A stretch of DNA of 64,000 nucleotides from Octopus bimaculoides (GCF_001194135.2 NC_068989.1:68747188-68811187), one strand, 5' to 3'; numbered from the stretch's first letter, positions 1 through 14,479 are shown. Numbers and translations: made by a program. Notes: a model not told the origin generated them from the sequence alone.

Positions 1-245
1 GTCATTACAGTATCGAAATGTGATTGTTTCAGTTAGTGGAAAAGTTTCATTTTTAAAGTGAAAGTATTTGACATGAGTGTTTTTGTTTCACTTTTGACAC
101 GTAATACTTAAATAGTGGAGGAGATATGTTACCGTGGGCTCGAACTCTGCAAGAAGTTAAAAATTTTTTTTGACTAAAACACATCCGGAACCCTAAGTAA
201 GACGTGTAAAATTTGAATGAAATTGGTTGTTCTCGAGTTTTAGGG

Positions 246-284
<39 letters not shown>

Positions 285-315
285 GACACACATTCTCATT
301 TTTATATATATAGAT
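1..315 (+). mobile_element. 3' part of a non-autonomous DINE-1/Helentron-like interspersed repeat with an internal (CA)n/(CAGA)n microsatellite
   Basis: CpG-retaining segment with 'aaatttgaatgaaattgg...ttctcgagt', a (CA)n tract and the terminus '...ttttatatatatagat'. Same architecture as 53480-53764. Family assignment is inference. Confidence 0.35.
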
Positions 316-1699
316 GCAAAACAACACCACGGAGGAATCGGCGTAAGCTTAAAAGATAAACCACGATATGGCAAGGGATTACTGTATGTATACGTATGTA
401 TATAGTTCATGCTCACTCTCTTTCCTTCCCTCTTTCAACCCAGTATGTAAGTTATCTTCATATGCCACTTGAAACTTGTCATAGTGTCACTTTTGCGTTG
501 TCTTGATCCAATAGAAGTACATATCAACCTGAAAGTTTTAAATATTCACATAGATCCACATATGTATCTACACACACTCACTGTATGTCCCTTGATATAC
601 ATTCACATATCGTTACATTTGGTTTGCTTCCATTTAACATACAATGCATGCTCACATGCACATATACATCATCATCCACAATTATGTAAACTTGTAAAAG
701 TTAAAATACATGTATGCATACATCTGGCGACATTAAACACAGCTTTCTTTGAAGCTACTTCCTCTTGAAGGTCTGCTGAAATATGACTCTTTTGTACTGC
801 TCTTTGAGAACACTTGTAACCTTCTTGATCATTAACGTAAGATAATACAGTGTTGGGAGTTAATAATTGTCGTTGAATAACAACTAAACCACTTGTGTGA
901 GAGTCCTATATCAAGGCTGCTCTGAATTTGCTGAAGTATGATTAGAAACTCTAAAATGATTCGTTAGAAGTTGATTTTAATTGATTTTTATGTGAAATTA
1001 TTGTTTGTATAATTCAATGGTTATCTTGATTTTACTAAAGAATTATCTATAACTCAACAAAGAGTTACTTTTAACCTTTTTAATTGTTTGTCTGGTGAAA
1101 ATGGTGACGCCCTATTTTAAAGAAATGTCCTTAGAATTCAGTTCTTGAAAGTTTAACATTATAAAAAATACTTTAATATTTCTTTAATCTTTGTGTTACC
1201 GTGTTTATATTGAAATACTCTACTTTCATTTTAAGTAATTTTGAAAATAATGAATAAGTTAGTAAAATAATTTTGTTATAATTAAGGTGGTACTTGGGGC
1301 ACAAACTAACATGAATTTTATTGGAATGTTTTAATTTAGATCACTCTTTAAATTAAGGGCAGATCAAGGCAGTTTGTTACCAAGAGTTATGATGTTTTCT
1401 TGTTTTTTTTTTTTCAAATACCAAAAAGTTTCTTCATGAAAAAAAAAAATAATGAATGAATTACTTGGTTTCAACCTTTCAGGTGAATGGATTTTGTGCA
1501 TGGTTGAATGATTAAGTAGTTTGCTTCCCAACCACATAGTTTTTGGTTTCATCACACTCTGTGACACATCGGGAAAGTATTTTCTATTATACTGAACTAC
1601 AAAAGATACATCACACTGCAAAAGATTATTTGCTTCACACATGATATTGAGATTATATGGATTTTATCACATTTTTAGATAATTTGATATCATGTAGAT

Positions 1700-2545
1700 G
1701 TCACTGACCCACAACACCACTCTCTTTTGCAAACACAAGGATTGCATGTAGGGTTCGAACTCACTCACTTTTCATGAACATGGTAATGCTTACAAATGCA
1801 TCTTCATGAAAAACATGGTGCACATGCAAAACATTGACTTATTGGGTATAAAAGGCACCCAAATTTACCAGCCTGTCTGTCATTCATTTCCCGAACACAG
1901 CAAGCATGCCAAGACTGACACGAAATCAGAGGGAGCAAGCCATCAGACATCTCCATGCAGGTCAATGTCCATGAGTCATTGCTAATGACAAACTGCAGTG
2001 TTCAGACAGTTGAGTGGCTGAGGCAACGATACAATACCACAAACAGAACGGATGATCATCCACACAGTGGCTGACCGACGGTTACAGTGGCACGTCAAGA
2101 TCACCACCTGCACCAACAGCACAATTCCAGAGGGCAACATAATTAGTTAAGCAGGCTATAGGGACTCACCACAGACCCATTTGTGCAGAGACAGTTCACC
2201 ACAAGCTGAGATCTTTCATTCTGTCTTGTCAACATTCGGCTAGGGGCCCCATCCTCGCAGATCATCATCAACAGGCACATCTACAGTGGGCTCAAAAATG
2301 TCAGAACTGGTGATATCACAAGTGAGGACTGTAGTCTTCTCTGATGAAAGTCGATATTGTATTTCTGTGGCAGAAGGCAATGCTAAGGTTTGGAGAAGTG
2401 TGAACATAATGCTGATGGTTATATGGTAGAGAAAGACTCATGGGAAGGACAGAGCATCTTGGTATGTGGTTGGATTGCACTCAACCAGAAACTTGGACTA
2501 GTGGTCTTCCAAAACATCGACCAAGGCCAGGGCAATGGAGTACAT
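1700..2545 (+). mobile_element. Degenerate Tc1-like transposon, 3'-truncated transposase pseudogene
   Basis: ATG at 1906 reads MPRLTRNQREQAIRHLHAG (HTH start). After frameshifts it gives ...SG*PTVTVARQDHHL... and the first catalytic motif VVFSDESRY (2331-2357), then ...GQSILVCGWI. Multiple stops and frameshifts; TIRs not identified. Confidence 0.85.
1847..1853 (+). promoter_or_regulatory. TATA box of the Tc1-like transposase
   Basis: TATAAAA about 55 bp upstream of the transposase ATG at 1906. Confidence 0.45.
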
Positions 2546-2814
2546 TTTGTATTGCGAGCAAATTGAAAAAGAAAGAGAAGAGAAATCAGGCAGTGGTCAT
2601 ATACTGTGAATAAGACTGGCCAAATAACCCTGAATCAATTGACTGAAGACAATGCCTTGAGAAAGTCAGGAATGTTACACAGTCTCTTGTATATTTAAGG
2701 CTTTGTAGATAAAAACTTGATTCAGAGCCTTTTTTCTTAACATATTTAAGAAAATCACTGGCTTATAAGTGATTAATTATATAAGAAAAACATCATAGTT
2801 AAGTATAGCCACGA

Positions 2815-3165
2815 GATGCAGGTATGGTTGTATGATTAAAAAGTTTGCTTCCCAACCACATAGTTTCATGTTCAGTCCCACTACATGGCACTGTAGGCAA
2901 GTAAATGTCTTCTACACTATACCACTGGTTTGATCAAATCCTTGTGAGTGGATTTAGTAGAGGAAACTGAAAGAAGCCTGTTGTGTGTGTGCATGTATGT
3001 TTGTGATTCCTTGTCTTGGCATTGTGCAAATAGTTGTGAATGAATGCCACTGTCATCCAAGTAGTGTCCTTCATTTCAAATATTCTTCAAAGGATTGGTG
3101 ACAGCCAGCCATAGAAAAATTTGCCTCAAAAAAAAACACTGTCCCACCCATGCAAACAAAGAAAA
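2815..3165 (+). mobile_element. Degenerate tRNA-derived SINE (family A)
   Basis: Head 'gcaggtatggttgtatgattaaaaagtttgcttcccaaccac...gttcagtccc' and body 'ccttgtgagtggatttagtaga..aactgaaagaagcc', matching intact copies at 23281 and 35411. Confidence 0.75.
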
Positions 3166-3176
3166 GTGAACATTAA

Positions 3177-3397
3177 CCCTTTTGATACCAACACAGCTGA
3201 AACCGCCTCTGGTTCTGTAGTACAAATATCTTGTTTTCACAAGTTTTTAATTAAAATCTTCCACCAAACCTTAGTCACAAATTATGTTCCTAACACTAGC
3301 TTAATGATAACTAATTTATTTTACTAGATTCTTGTTATATTTAAAATTAATTGAAAGAAACACAGTGCACCACAAAATAAATACAGTAACTAAAGGG
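3177..3397. mobile_element. piggyBac-like MITE, family 1
   Basis: TTAA|CCCTTTTGATAC...GTAACTAAAGGG|TTAA, i.e. TTAA TSD with CCC/GGG termini. Related copies near 26705-26945, 34630-34857, 39733-39955, 46510-46660 and 49890-50090. Confidence 0.8.
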
Positions 3398-4037
3398 TTA
3401 AAACAAAAATTACGATGAAGACAGCTTTGTTAGAGATTGAACTCCGAAATTATGAGACAAGAGGTTCAGTCAGTTCTGTACTACAATTTACCCAATGAGT
3501 AAAACCACTTAACAAGCAGCCTTCATATTCAAAAGTAATGGCCTGATGTGTACTGTCCTATTTAATTCCCCACTGATGTTATTTGCTAAGTAATTTTAAT
3601 AGATGATATCTAAAATCCCCATAGCAACTGTAGTCATAACTGGAAGTTGGACAAGTGGTTATAACTTTTGTTGCTGCCTTATGACAAGTGACCTTTCTTG
3701 AAGCTATTATGTAAGTAATCAAAACATAACCAGTGAATACTACTACTACCCACCACTTTTCGTTTTGATTTGCCTAAAAAAAAATTCATTTTTTTCTATT
3801 ATTTTATATTTAAGAAATCATTCTTTCTTTTATTGCCTGTGCGACCTTGAATTTATAATTTAAACTACTTTTTGTTTTTTTCTTTTTCGCAATTTGTATT
3901 TGGTTATAATGATTATAGGCACTATATGGTTCTGGGTTCAGTCCCTCTGCATGACACTTTGGGCAAGTTTATTATAACCCCAGGCCAACCAAAGCCTTGT
4001 GATTGGATTTGGTAGACAGAAACTGATAGAAGCCTGT

Positions 4038-4073
<36 letters not shown>

Positions 4074-5330
4074 CTTTAGGTTAGTTAAAATATGTTTGAG
4101 ATGTTTCAATTTCTAAAGACACATTCACTGCATTTACAGTAGAAAAAATGTGTGTGTGTCTTTGTGTTTACTTCCCACCATCATTTGACAACTGGTGATG
4201 GTTTGTTTACATCCCTATAACATGATGGTTCTACAAAAAGAGACCAGTAGCATGAGTACTAGACTTTAAAAAAAAAAAATAATACTGGAGTCAGTTTGCT
4301 TGACTAGATCCGTCAAGGTAGTGCCACATATTCTGTTATTACTCAGTCTGTTATAGTAATATCATTGAAAGATTTGCTAAAAACATATTTCAATGTTATC
4401 ATTGCAGTCCTTTATTATGTATGTAGAAGTTATTCAGCTGTTCCGTGACCTTGTTCATAATTTATTTTATTATTGTATTTCATTTAATTGTCAATGACAA
4501 TTAACATATAATGTAATTTGAAAGAATTTCTGTTGCTTGTAGTCTCATCTACCATGCATATTTTCAATCATAAAATATTTTGTACCAACTTTTGGTGGGG
4601 ATTGGAGCATGATATGGGGTATAATTAATGCACAACTGCAACTTATTTATATATCACTAAAATGTAGTCCTCCTTGTCAACTTTCCCCTGAAGCAGGACT
4701 TTGAAACATTGGCTTTTCCATTCACTATGATAATTGTGCTATACTTTTTCTGTCAATTTTTCTGAATAATAAAAGTCCTGCCAAAACAGAACACCACCTG
4801 TCTCTTCAGATTCTGTTTTATAAAATACAGACTTTCGTGGTTGGTAGAATTAACTTGTCCTTTGGGTGTGTTTAAAGGAGTCTAATTTGTATCTTGTTGT
4901 AAAGCATTTAGACTAAGTCTTCAGTTTGAAAATACCTTCCTCCCACCAGTCTTTGAGCTCTGTTGGCAGTCTTGATCTCTGCCTGACGAAAAGATATGTA
5001 AAAGAAAATGTGGTTAGTTAATGGTAATACGATATAAGGATTGGTAGGAGTGTCATTAAAATAGGCTTATGTTTTGAAAAGTGGTCGGTGAAATATGTTG
5101 CAATTACTTATAAGTTTTATGTAGAATATGAGGGAAAATGTGCAGATGATTAAATTAAGTTTATTATTATCATTATCGTTGTTGTTGTAGTTGTTATTAT
5201 TATTATTATAAGTAATATACTGATTTTGGCTCACCGCTCTGCTATAAATAATGAGTTTTGTGTCTGTTTTCAAATACATTGACATATTCTCTGTGGATTA
5301 ATAAAGCTGGAACATTACGCCAGTAAATAC

Positions 5331-5414
5331 ACACATAAGGAAATTAGTTTATAAATAAACTGATGTTTGTTACACATAAGGAAACTAGTTTATAAATAAA
5401 CTGATGTTTGTTAC
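5331..5414. repeat. 41-bp direct tandem duplication
   Basis: acacataaggaaa(t/c)tagtttataaataaactgatgtttgtt occurs twice, with 1 mismatch. Confidence 0.9.
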
Positions 5415-6429
5415 AGATCACATCACTGTATTTTTAAGCTTAAAATGCCTTCCTCGGTGTTGTGAACTTGGCCTTTTAATGTAATAAAGGTCATTTTTGA
5501 AACAGATATCTTAAATGTCTGTGATATAGATAGCTCCATTCTATGAGTGCTCTATTGCTTTAATCACTAATTAAAAAACAACTTTATTAAGTTAAGATAA
5601 TACTTTTAAAAACAAAATTATAACTTTTAATTTTGAACTTTTAATATTGTCCATCATTATGATAATGAATATAGACCACCGTTTTAATTTTTACAAGAAA
5701 CAAATCATCTGAAATACAGATCTTTCTACAATAAATTGCTTTTTTTTATTTATTTTTTATCTTTTATTTTTTTTTTTTTGTATTAATGTAAATAAAACAT
5801 GGCACATCTCTCAATGATATTGCAGTGAATCAAGTAAAACCACAGCAATCTAATAAAATATTTATTATGCAAAAATGTTCAAAGGATTCCTAATGCATCA
5901 ATAAATTATTTTTGCAGCCTTTAGTGTCCAATAACTGCTGTATGGTATATAGTAGAATAGTGGATTTATAGCAGGAATCACAATTTTGGAAAGCAGAAAT
6001 TTATTTCAACTCAACTTTAAAGCCAACTTTGTCAGAACTGATTTACTTCTCTGTTGTCCAACAAAATACAACACATTTCTGTTGAAAAGAATTAATCTTA
6101 TTAATATTAATTATCTCATACCTTTATTCTGAAAAGACATACAAAAGCTGACGTTACCATTTTGCTTTAGAACTTCATACATTTAGCAGTCATACCATCT
6201 GTTGATAGATTGGGGTACCCAACTTGTTGAAATGTTAAAACAACTATACAGACTTCTGCTAAGTTCAGAAAAGGTTACCAGATTGCTCTGAAATACTTTA
6301 GCTGAAGTTTTATGTTCTACCGACAGTTATATATCTTTTGATTTTATCATGTACAACTATTAGAATAATTTTATATTTTATTTTTTTTCTTGTTGTAAAA
6401 TATAACATCATCAGAGTAAAAGATAGGCA

Positions 6430-6630
6430 GTGAAATTGACAAAAATAAACTAATTCACTAAGCGCTCAAAAAATAAGTTTATGTTGGATAACTTTAGATA
6501 ACGTTTAGGAATTACGGCCATTTAAACAAGGTAGGGCTGTGAATTTGACAAAAATAATACATGTTAGATTCACAATGTATTTGAAAGATAAGCTAACCTT
6601 AGATAACTTCAGATAACGTTTAGGAATTTT
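6430..6630. repeat. Imperfect ~110-bp direct duplication
   Basis: 'gtgaa(a/t)ttgacaaaaataa' at ~6430 and ~6540; 'ataactt(t/c)agataacgtttaggaatt' at ~6489 and ~6603. Confidence 0.7.
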
Positions 6631-6776
6631 AAATTAAATTTAAGTTGCATTTGCCAAGGCTGGAAAAAAAAAACAGTTACTAAACAGGATGCCAAATGTA
6701 TTAGTGAGCTTCTACATGTTCATATGACTGGGTCAAAATAGCAATTGAGTCTTAACAAGTTCCTTGTTATCCTTAA

Positions 6777-6994
6777 CCATTTAATGTTCAGATTACTTGT
6801 CAAATGGACTACTTATTTATTCATGCAGTTTTGAATTAATCATGCATTATCTTGTGGTTCAAGATTTTGATGGTGTGACTGTTTATTTTTAGATTAACCT
6901 CGTAAGATAGGTGTGAGAGGCCAAATCTGGCCAGTTTGAATATAAAACAGGTAAAATGTTTAGGCTGCATGTAGCCAGTTTTAATGCTAAAGGG
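6777..6994. mobile_element. piggyBac-like MITE, family 2
   Basis: Flanked by TTAA and ends ...AATGCTAAAGGG|TTAA. Related copies at 39080-39246 (partial), 40845-41065, 42620-42795, 50446-50665, and a split copy at 45030-45114 plus 46131-46235. Confidence 0.8.
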
Positions 6995-7147
6995 TTAAAT
7001 TTGGAAGTGCATTTTTTAAACCTTTGGTCAAAAGACAATACACCTTGCAAACAGAAATAGAATGATTATAGCAAGAAACAAAATTTGAAATAGATTTGCA
7101 AAAGTTTAGTTGGTCAAGGATATCCCCCCCCCCCAAAAAAAATACCA

Positions 7148-8022
7148 TCAGGTTATCCCATAAATTTTGTTCGATTTTACTTTTTTTAAAATTGAATGAA
7201 ATTTAATAGTATTTTAGAATGTCTAATGGAATTAAAAATTATTTTTATGCATTTGTGTACATTTAAACTAATTAAATATCATTTTACAGAATAATAGAAT
7301 TAAAATTTTTTTGATTAAAACCCTTTCTAATATGGAAGTATCCAAAGAGCATTTGAGGCACATAATGCTTTATGAGTACAAAAAAGGAAACTCTACAGCC
7401 AAAGTGACTCGAAACATACACTCANNNNNNNNNNTTTGAGGCACATAATGCTTTATGAGTACAAAAAAGGAAACTCTACAGCCAAAGTGACTCGAAACAT
7501 ACACTCAGTTTATGGGCTCTATCCGGTGGGATCCTTTGAATTGTTACCACCTAATGCAACAATCAATGCTCAAGACTACTGTCAGCATTAGAGCATTTGA
7601 ACCAAGCTTTGAAGAGAAAAAGACCCGCTTTAGTGAATCGAAAAGGAGTGATGTTTCATCAGGACAATGCGCGACCCCACACTCCAAAGATCACATCACA
7701 GAAGATCGAAGAGCTTGGTTGGGAAAAAATTCCTCATCCACCTTATTCTCCCGACCTTGCTCCTTAAGACTACCATGTGTTTCGTAGTTTACAGATCATG
7801 TGGGGGACATAACTTTCGCAAGCCAGGAGGAGGTTGAAACTGACATTTCAGAGTTCTTCGCTTTGAAACCAAAAGTGTTTTACATTGATGGGATTAAAAA
7901 GATGGAATGAAGTCATAGATAATCAGGGAAAGTACATTGATGATTAAATTTCAATTAAATATAACATTTGATCACTTGTTTTCTTTATTCAAAATTCAGA
8001 CAGAACTTATGGGCTGACCTGA
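7148..8022 (+). mobile_element. mariner (DD34D) element with TIRs and an internally deleted transposase pseudogene
   Basis: Imperfect TIRs (tcaggttatcccataaattttgttcg / cagacagaacttatgggctgacctga + TA). ATG 7332 reads MEVSKEHLRHIMLYEYKKGNS. The C-terminal part reads HQDNARPH...HPPYSPDLAP*DY with 34 residues between D2 and D3. Stop at 7945-7947. Confidence 0.93.
7352..7507. other. Assembly artefact: identical 73-bp sequence on both sides of a 10-N gap
   Basis: 7352-7424 is identical to 7435-7507, separated by N10. Confidence 0.85.
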
Positions 8023-11000
8023 TAGAAATAACAATGAGGTTTACCCAACTAGATGAAAACAGCAACCAAATATCCCTCAAATCACACTCTACACTTGTCT
8101 TTAAAAAATGGTTGGGTTACAGCACAATGGATAATGTAGTCCTAAATATCCTTAGTAAGATTCAATCACTACCAAAACACCTTTCATCATAGGTTTACTT
8201 GATTGAATTTAACCTGATCTAAATGATAACAGGAACAACTAAAGATATCCATCCAGGTAGAATAATATGTGTTGTAAATAAATAAATAAAAACAGCTACC
8301 TTTGCTGTTGTTAAAAATTCAGCATGTTTGCATCTGTGAAACACAAATTGAAGTGGGAGATATTGATTTCAGGAACATAAATGAAGAAAAAGGCATGCTT
8401 TTAAAAACTAGTGTTCAGTAACATATGACCAGGAGTTTATTACGTATTCTAGCAACTTTTCCTGCCACAGGAAATTTGCTGCTGTGTCATGCTACACTCT
8501 TTAGTATGGGAGTGGAAAACAGTGTGTCATGTCACACAATCACTGAAATAACCTTGATACATTGAACATACTGTTTTATGGTCTTTACTAGGTAGTGGGG
8601 TAGCTTGATCCTTCATGTATGGCTACATAGCTATCTTGCACGTTTGAGAACTTTGTTTCCTATTTTGTACAAAAAAAAAATGGTTTTATGTGTATATTCA
8701 ACATTAACATGTTTACACTCATTTTCCTATGCTTGTATGATTTGGATGGGACTTTTTTAAGTAGTATTTTTTTTATGTCCTGATACTCTTCCTGATGTCA
8801 ACCCCTTTAGCAACTTCTTATATGGGGTATATGCAGTACACCCTGATATTGTGTGGCACATTGGGCAAGAGTCTTCTATAGACCTGCCCTGACCAGATCA
8901 GTATATGTGAAAAGAAGCCTGTCGTGTGTGTATATGTGTGCTTTCTTGTCCTGGCATCACTGAATAATCCCAGATACACATTGCAAAGTAAGACCTGATT
9001 GTGCTCCCAGTCCTTCCTCCTAAAACATTGAACCCCTTAGGATATGACCCTGGAGGAAGGGAGGGATCAAGGCCCATGTTTCTCCTGCAGTCACAGACTT
9101 GCAACTGTTGTAGAATATTAATCACAATGACCTCCCTGGTCTTGAAGCCCCTCTGATGATATTGTAGGGTTGGTGTGAGAGGTCAGATCTGGTCAGTTTG
9201 ATAATAAAACAGGTAGAATATTTTGGCCAGGTATGGCAGGTCTAAATGCAAAAGGGTTAAGCTAGTCTATAAATTCTAAGTATTGTTTCTCTGTAACGTA
9301 AACTGTAGAGTAAAAGTTAGATGCTTTTCTGTAGTTGGTGGCATATTTTATCTGAGATCACATATCTATTAACACATACATACACATGTACAAGTTAGGA
9401 AATTCACAAGATAACACAAATACACATTTATTCATGCACACATAGAGTGAGTCAGATTATTGTTATTGTTGTTTAGCCCTAGGTGAGTCATGACATAGCT
9501 GACCAATATCAAAAGTCATTCCCACTCTGGCAATTCCATTTTATCCCCACCCCCTTCCCTTCCTCTAGACATTATCCAATAAACAATCTCTTAAGATGGC
9601 AAGGTGCGATTTGAGGGAAATTTCACCGCTTTTTCTAGTGTTTCAGCTCTAACCCCCATGTCCACCTCTCAAACCCAGTATATTTAGGACTAAATTGAAA
9701 TTAGTTCAGTTGACAGAATGCTGTTCATACAGAAAAATGACCTCAATTTCAAAGCCTTTTGACTACTTGTACTGGTCTACTTGGCATCATTTAATAGCTG
9801 TAGTTGTCTGTCATACATTACCATTGGTCTTGTTTTTGTCTTTGATTTCTCTGCTTCTAGTGATATAAAAAATTTAAAAAATTCCACTAGTGAGCTTTGA
9901 ATATTGAATACGCCTAAAGAAGAACAGCTTGGCAAATTAGATATTTAACATATCTGTCCGGCTGTCTGTCTCATGCTTTTTGTCATCATCATCTTTTCTA
10001 TACTATACAATACTGTAATTGTACTATGCTCTGCTTCTACTTCTCAGGCGAATTAGTTACATAACTGCAACTCTCCTCTTTCTCTGTGATATTTGAAACA
10101 ATAAAATACTTTGACATTATATTCAAACTGATCCCTCTCAGTTTGAGTGTCATGATCAAGTTGAGACATTTTAATTGTACAAGCATATGTGTGTGTTTGG
10201 ATACCTGCTATCCTATGTATTCATGTGTCTGTGTGTGTGTCTGTGTGTAGGTGTACAGTTGTGCAAGCATACATGCATATCTTGTGTGCATATGCATTTG
10301 AATATATGCATATGTATATCTCTGCATGTTTTGGTTTGTGTGTCTTTCACATTGCACTTTTGTTGTTAGTACTGGCAATTACTTTTCCATAGCAATGTTT
10401 TTAGAATTTCTATGACATATTATTTGGTTTTGTCCTTTAAAAACCTCATGCTATTTTGAATACATTTATAAAAATTGTCACTAGCAATGATATTTTATTT
10501 TCCTCGTAGCCTCATGGTCTCACACAGTACTTAACAATTCAAAAGTTGTTGGCTGATTTCAAAATGATTTTCTGTGTGCAACTCCAGAAGTTGTTTTGAG
10601 ATCCATCTTAAACTTAACTAAAGCTATATCTATTGTGGATGATTTCCTAGACAGAAGCATGATTAATTTACATATTATTTATCATTTCAATGATAATCAG
10701 CTTTTGGTTCAAGAGAACCATGTAACAAAATCCTTCCATTTTTTTAATTTTTTTATTCTTTTACTTGTTTCAGTCATTAGACTGCAGCTATGCAGGGGCA
10801 CTTCCTTGAAAGGGTTAGTCAAACTAATCTAGTCCAGTACTTCTTTTTTTTTAAGCCTGGTACTTATTCTATTGGTCTGCTTTTGCCAAATTGCTAAGTT
10901 ACAGGGATGCAAACAAACCAACACCAGTTTTCAAGTGGTGGTGGGAGACAAACACACACTTAGATAAATACTTATATGCATGTGTATGATGGGTTTCTTT

Positions 11001-11414
11001 CAGTCTGCATTCACCAAATCCCCCCCACAAGGCTTTTATCTGCCAGGGGCTATAGTAGAAAACACTTAACCAAGGTGCTAAGACATAGTAAGATTTTTTC
11101 AGCTCCTTCTTGATACATCACACTTATGCAACCATTTAAAAAATTTTCCAGTCCATTTCCATTCATAGACAATGTGCTGCAGCAAAACACAATTCCCATA
11201 TTTTAACCCTTTCTATACCAACCCACCTGACTCTTTATGTTCTGAATTCAAATCCTGCCAAGGACTACTTTGCCTTTCCCCCTTCCATGATTGATAAAAT
11301 AAGACTGAACACTGGGGTTGATGTAGTGGGACTAAACCCCTCCTGTTAAATTGCTGGTCTTGTGCCAAAATTTGAAACAACTATGATTATTATTATTATT
11401 AGTAGTAGTAGTAA

Positions 11415-11642
11415 AGCAGCCTGCTGGCAGAATCAGTAACACATCGGGCGAAATGCTTAGCAGCATTTCGTCCATCCTTAAGTTCGGGGTTCAAATTCCA
11501 CCAAGGTCAACTTTGCCTTTCACCCTTTTGGGGGGTCAATGAAATAAGTACCAGTTACACACTGGGGTCAATACAATCAACTTATCCACTCCCCCAAAAT
11601 TTCAGGCCTTGTGCCTCTAGTAGAAAGGATTATTATTATTAT

Positions 11643-11645
<3 letters not shown>
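11415..11645 (+). mobile_element. tRNA-derived SINE (family B) with a central 'gcctttca..ctttcggggtc.ataaa.taagtaccag' core and (ATT)n tail
   Basis: Head 'gctggcagaatc.gta.cac.tcgggcgaaatgcttagc', B-box-like 'ggttcaaattcc', core and ATT tail. Other copies near 13432, 24691, 24917, 27866, 31530(-), 37457, 38425, 48722 and 48944. Confidence 0.8.
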
Positions 11646-11673
<28 letters not shown>

Positions 11674-11877
11674 TGTAGTTTAGCTCTAGGTTAGCTCTCA
11701 TTGAGCATAACTGTGATCAAAGACTTTTCAGGACAAATTATTTCATTGAAGCCTTTCGTCAGGAACTGAAATTGAAATATAAAACACAGTTGTTATAAAT
11801 ATGACATAAACAAAAGCAAAAACCCACGAATACGTATGCATATACACATGAGGGCCTACACACCCACACACGCAGAT

Positions 11878-11911
<34 letters not shown>

Positions 11912-14479
11912 TATGCCAGCATGGAAAATAAACATTAAATGATAATGATATAGACATATATATAAGAGAGAGAGAAATACATACAGAATCATACATAGAT
12001 ATTTACATAAATACATTAACATATAGATACATTTGTACATAGAAATATATATACACACATACACACACATATAGAAAGTGCCTAAAAAATAAGGAATGAA
12101 TTCTGTCAAAGTGGAAGGAAGTTGCAATAACTCAATTCCTGTTCTACTGAAGAGAGCATCGTGTGTCGAGCTAGAAAGCAGGAAATACAATTTCAATATC
12201 ATAACGCTATACTGCTTCTCAAATTATGTGCGATTGCATACAGTAATTGCAATACACAGTTGAACTTTTTCTCAACCTCTCAATTGAATCTGAGGCAGAA
12301 ATCTAGTTTGACATATACCCAGCAGTTGGTGATGATGACAGCAGCGATAACAGTGCTGCTGTTTGTGATCAAGGTAGTGGCAGTAGTAGTTGTAGTAGAA
12401 GTATTGATATTTATGTTGGTTCTAGTGTGTTGTTTTGGTGATAGTAATAGTGGTGGCTGTGGCGGTGTGTGTGTGCAAATGTGTTATATGTTATGTAGAT
12501 ATAAAATATTAACTTACTCTTGGCTATGGTGTAGATAGTCTGTATGCACATGTGTCTTCTGTACACACACACACATACGTAAATCCATGTTAGAATGCAT
12601 TTTATCCGTGGCATTTTATAAAATACCTTATGTATTTAAATACAACCATTTACAATTTTACAGCTGCTATTTCATTTCTTCTGAGTTCTCAATCCAAACT
12701 ATTCATGTGACATGAGTCTTGGCAATGAGGCAAACCCTTCCATGCTATCACAAGACATTAATTTTAGCAACATAGTCAACCTTCTCTCTTCTGCTGATCA
12801 TAGTCTTATCACTGACTGTTGATCATAGTTTTAGCAGTGAGCCCAACCACTTATTGACATCCCATAACTATGTGTGACCTAGAATGAATGTTACTATAAA
12901 GTTTTAAGGCCTTCCTTCTCAACAATATTTACTGTAACAAACTAATGAGGAACTGTCTACACAGTCACTCAGTTTCCAAGAAATAGCAGCTGTATGTCTC
13001 TCTTAAATCACAGTCTACCATATAATAAAAAGGAAGGACACATTGGATAATGTATTTCCTGATACATTAAAAAAAAAAAAAATACAGGATGTTCATAGTT
13101 GAAACCAGGTCAAACAAGCACACAGAGGCCTTTCATGGGCTTGAAAGAATTTTGTTTTGATAATTGGTAGATTATTTCATTCCCAGTTTGCTGGTACTGG
13201 CCATCAGGGATAGGTATACAATCATCTTATAATGTTTACCTGCAAAAGAAAATTTATCTCATTATTCATTTCATTCCATGGAACTTTGGAGATATTTGGA
13301 TTTATACTTCTAGTTTTTTTATGATGATTAATATTTCTCCATTTTTTCGCCACTTCTCCTTACATTACAGAAAAATCAAAACAATTTTGAAGCTATTTTG
13401 GAAGATTTACATATTACTGATTCTTTAGTTGGCAAGCTGGAAGAACCATTAGCATGCCAGGCAGAATACTTCATGGCATTTCTTCTGACTTTGTGTTCTT
13501 AGTTCAAACTCTGCCAAGGTTGACTTTGCCTTTCATCCTTTCGGGGGTCATAAAATAAGTACCAGTTAAACATTGAAGTCAATGTAATCAACTAATCCTC
13601 TCGTCCAAAATTTCAGTCCTCTTACCTAAAGTAAAATGGATTATTATAAGCATTACTTTTGCATTGAGTATGTATATGTGTTGTGTAAGATATTACTATA
13701 TAGATGTCTGGCAGATTCGCTAAGTCAGTGGCATTAGACAATGCTTTTTTTATACTTTGTACCTTGAGGTCAAGATTACTTTTCCTCCTTATGGAGTCAA
13801 TAACTTAAAAAAGAAAAAAAAAAGCAGTACTGTGAGTGAAGGATTGGTGGAATTGCTAAAGCATGGTGATACCATGAAATAGCAAATTCAAGCCTCTGCA
13901 TTCTGATAGCAGTGTCTGCAGCTAAACTGTATCAGCCTTGCATTTCCCTTGAAATATAAGTGGTATGAAAGTTGAGGCTAGCATGCTTATGTAGTTAAGA
14001 AGTTCACTTTACAATTACACTTTTCGAGTTCAACACCACTGTGTGGTACCTTAGACAGGTATCTTCTTTGGGGCAACCAAAGCCTTGTGAGTGGATGTGA
14101 AAGACAGAAACTGAAAGAATCTTGTCATGTGTGTGTGTTTGTGTGAACCCTTGCCTTGATATTATGATGTAATAGCTGTAAATGAGCATTAGTCATACAA
14201 GTGATGTTGTGCATTTCCAGTCTTCCATGAAAAACATGCCTGGCCATCAGAAAAGGATTAGCAGTAGGAAGGGCATCTGATCATAGAAAATTTGCCATAA
14301 CAAATTTTGTCTGACCCATGCAGCAGGGAAAAGTAGCCATTAAACAATGATGATAACTATCTCTCAGATATGATACCAACTATCAAATGCTAGGCAAAAA
14401 TTTTTTTTAAATGCTTAGCAATAGCCTCAGGATGACCAAAGTCTTATGAGTGGATTTGGTAGATGGACGAATACAATTG

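Noticed and set aside
5331-6630. Short direct repeats considered as a possible CRISPR-like array
   Set aside because: Only two units each, no unique spacers, no cas genes and a eukaryotic context.
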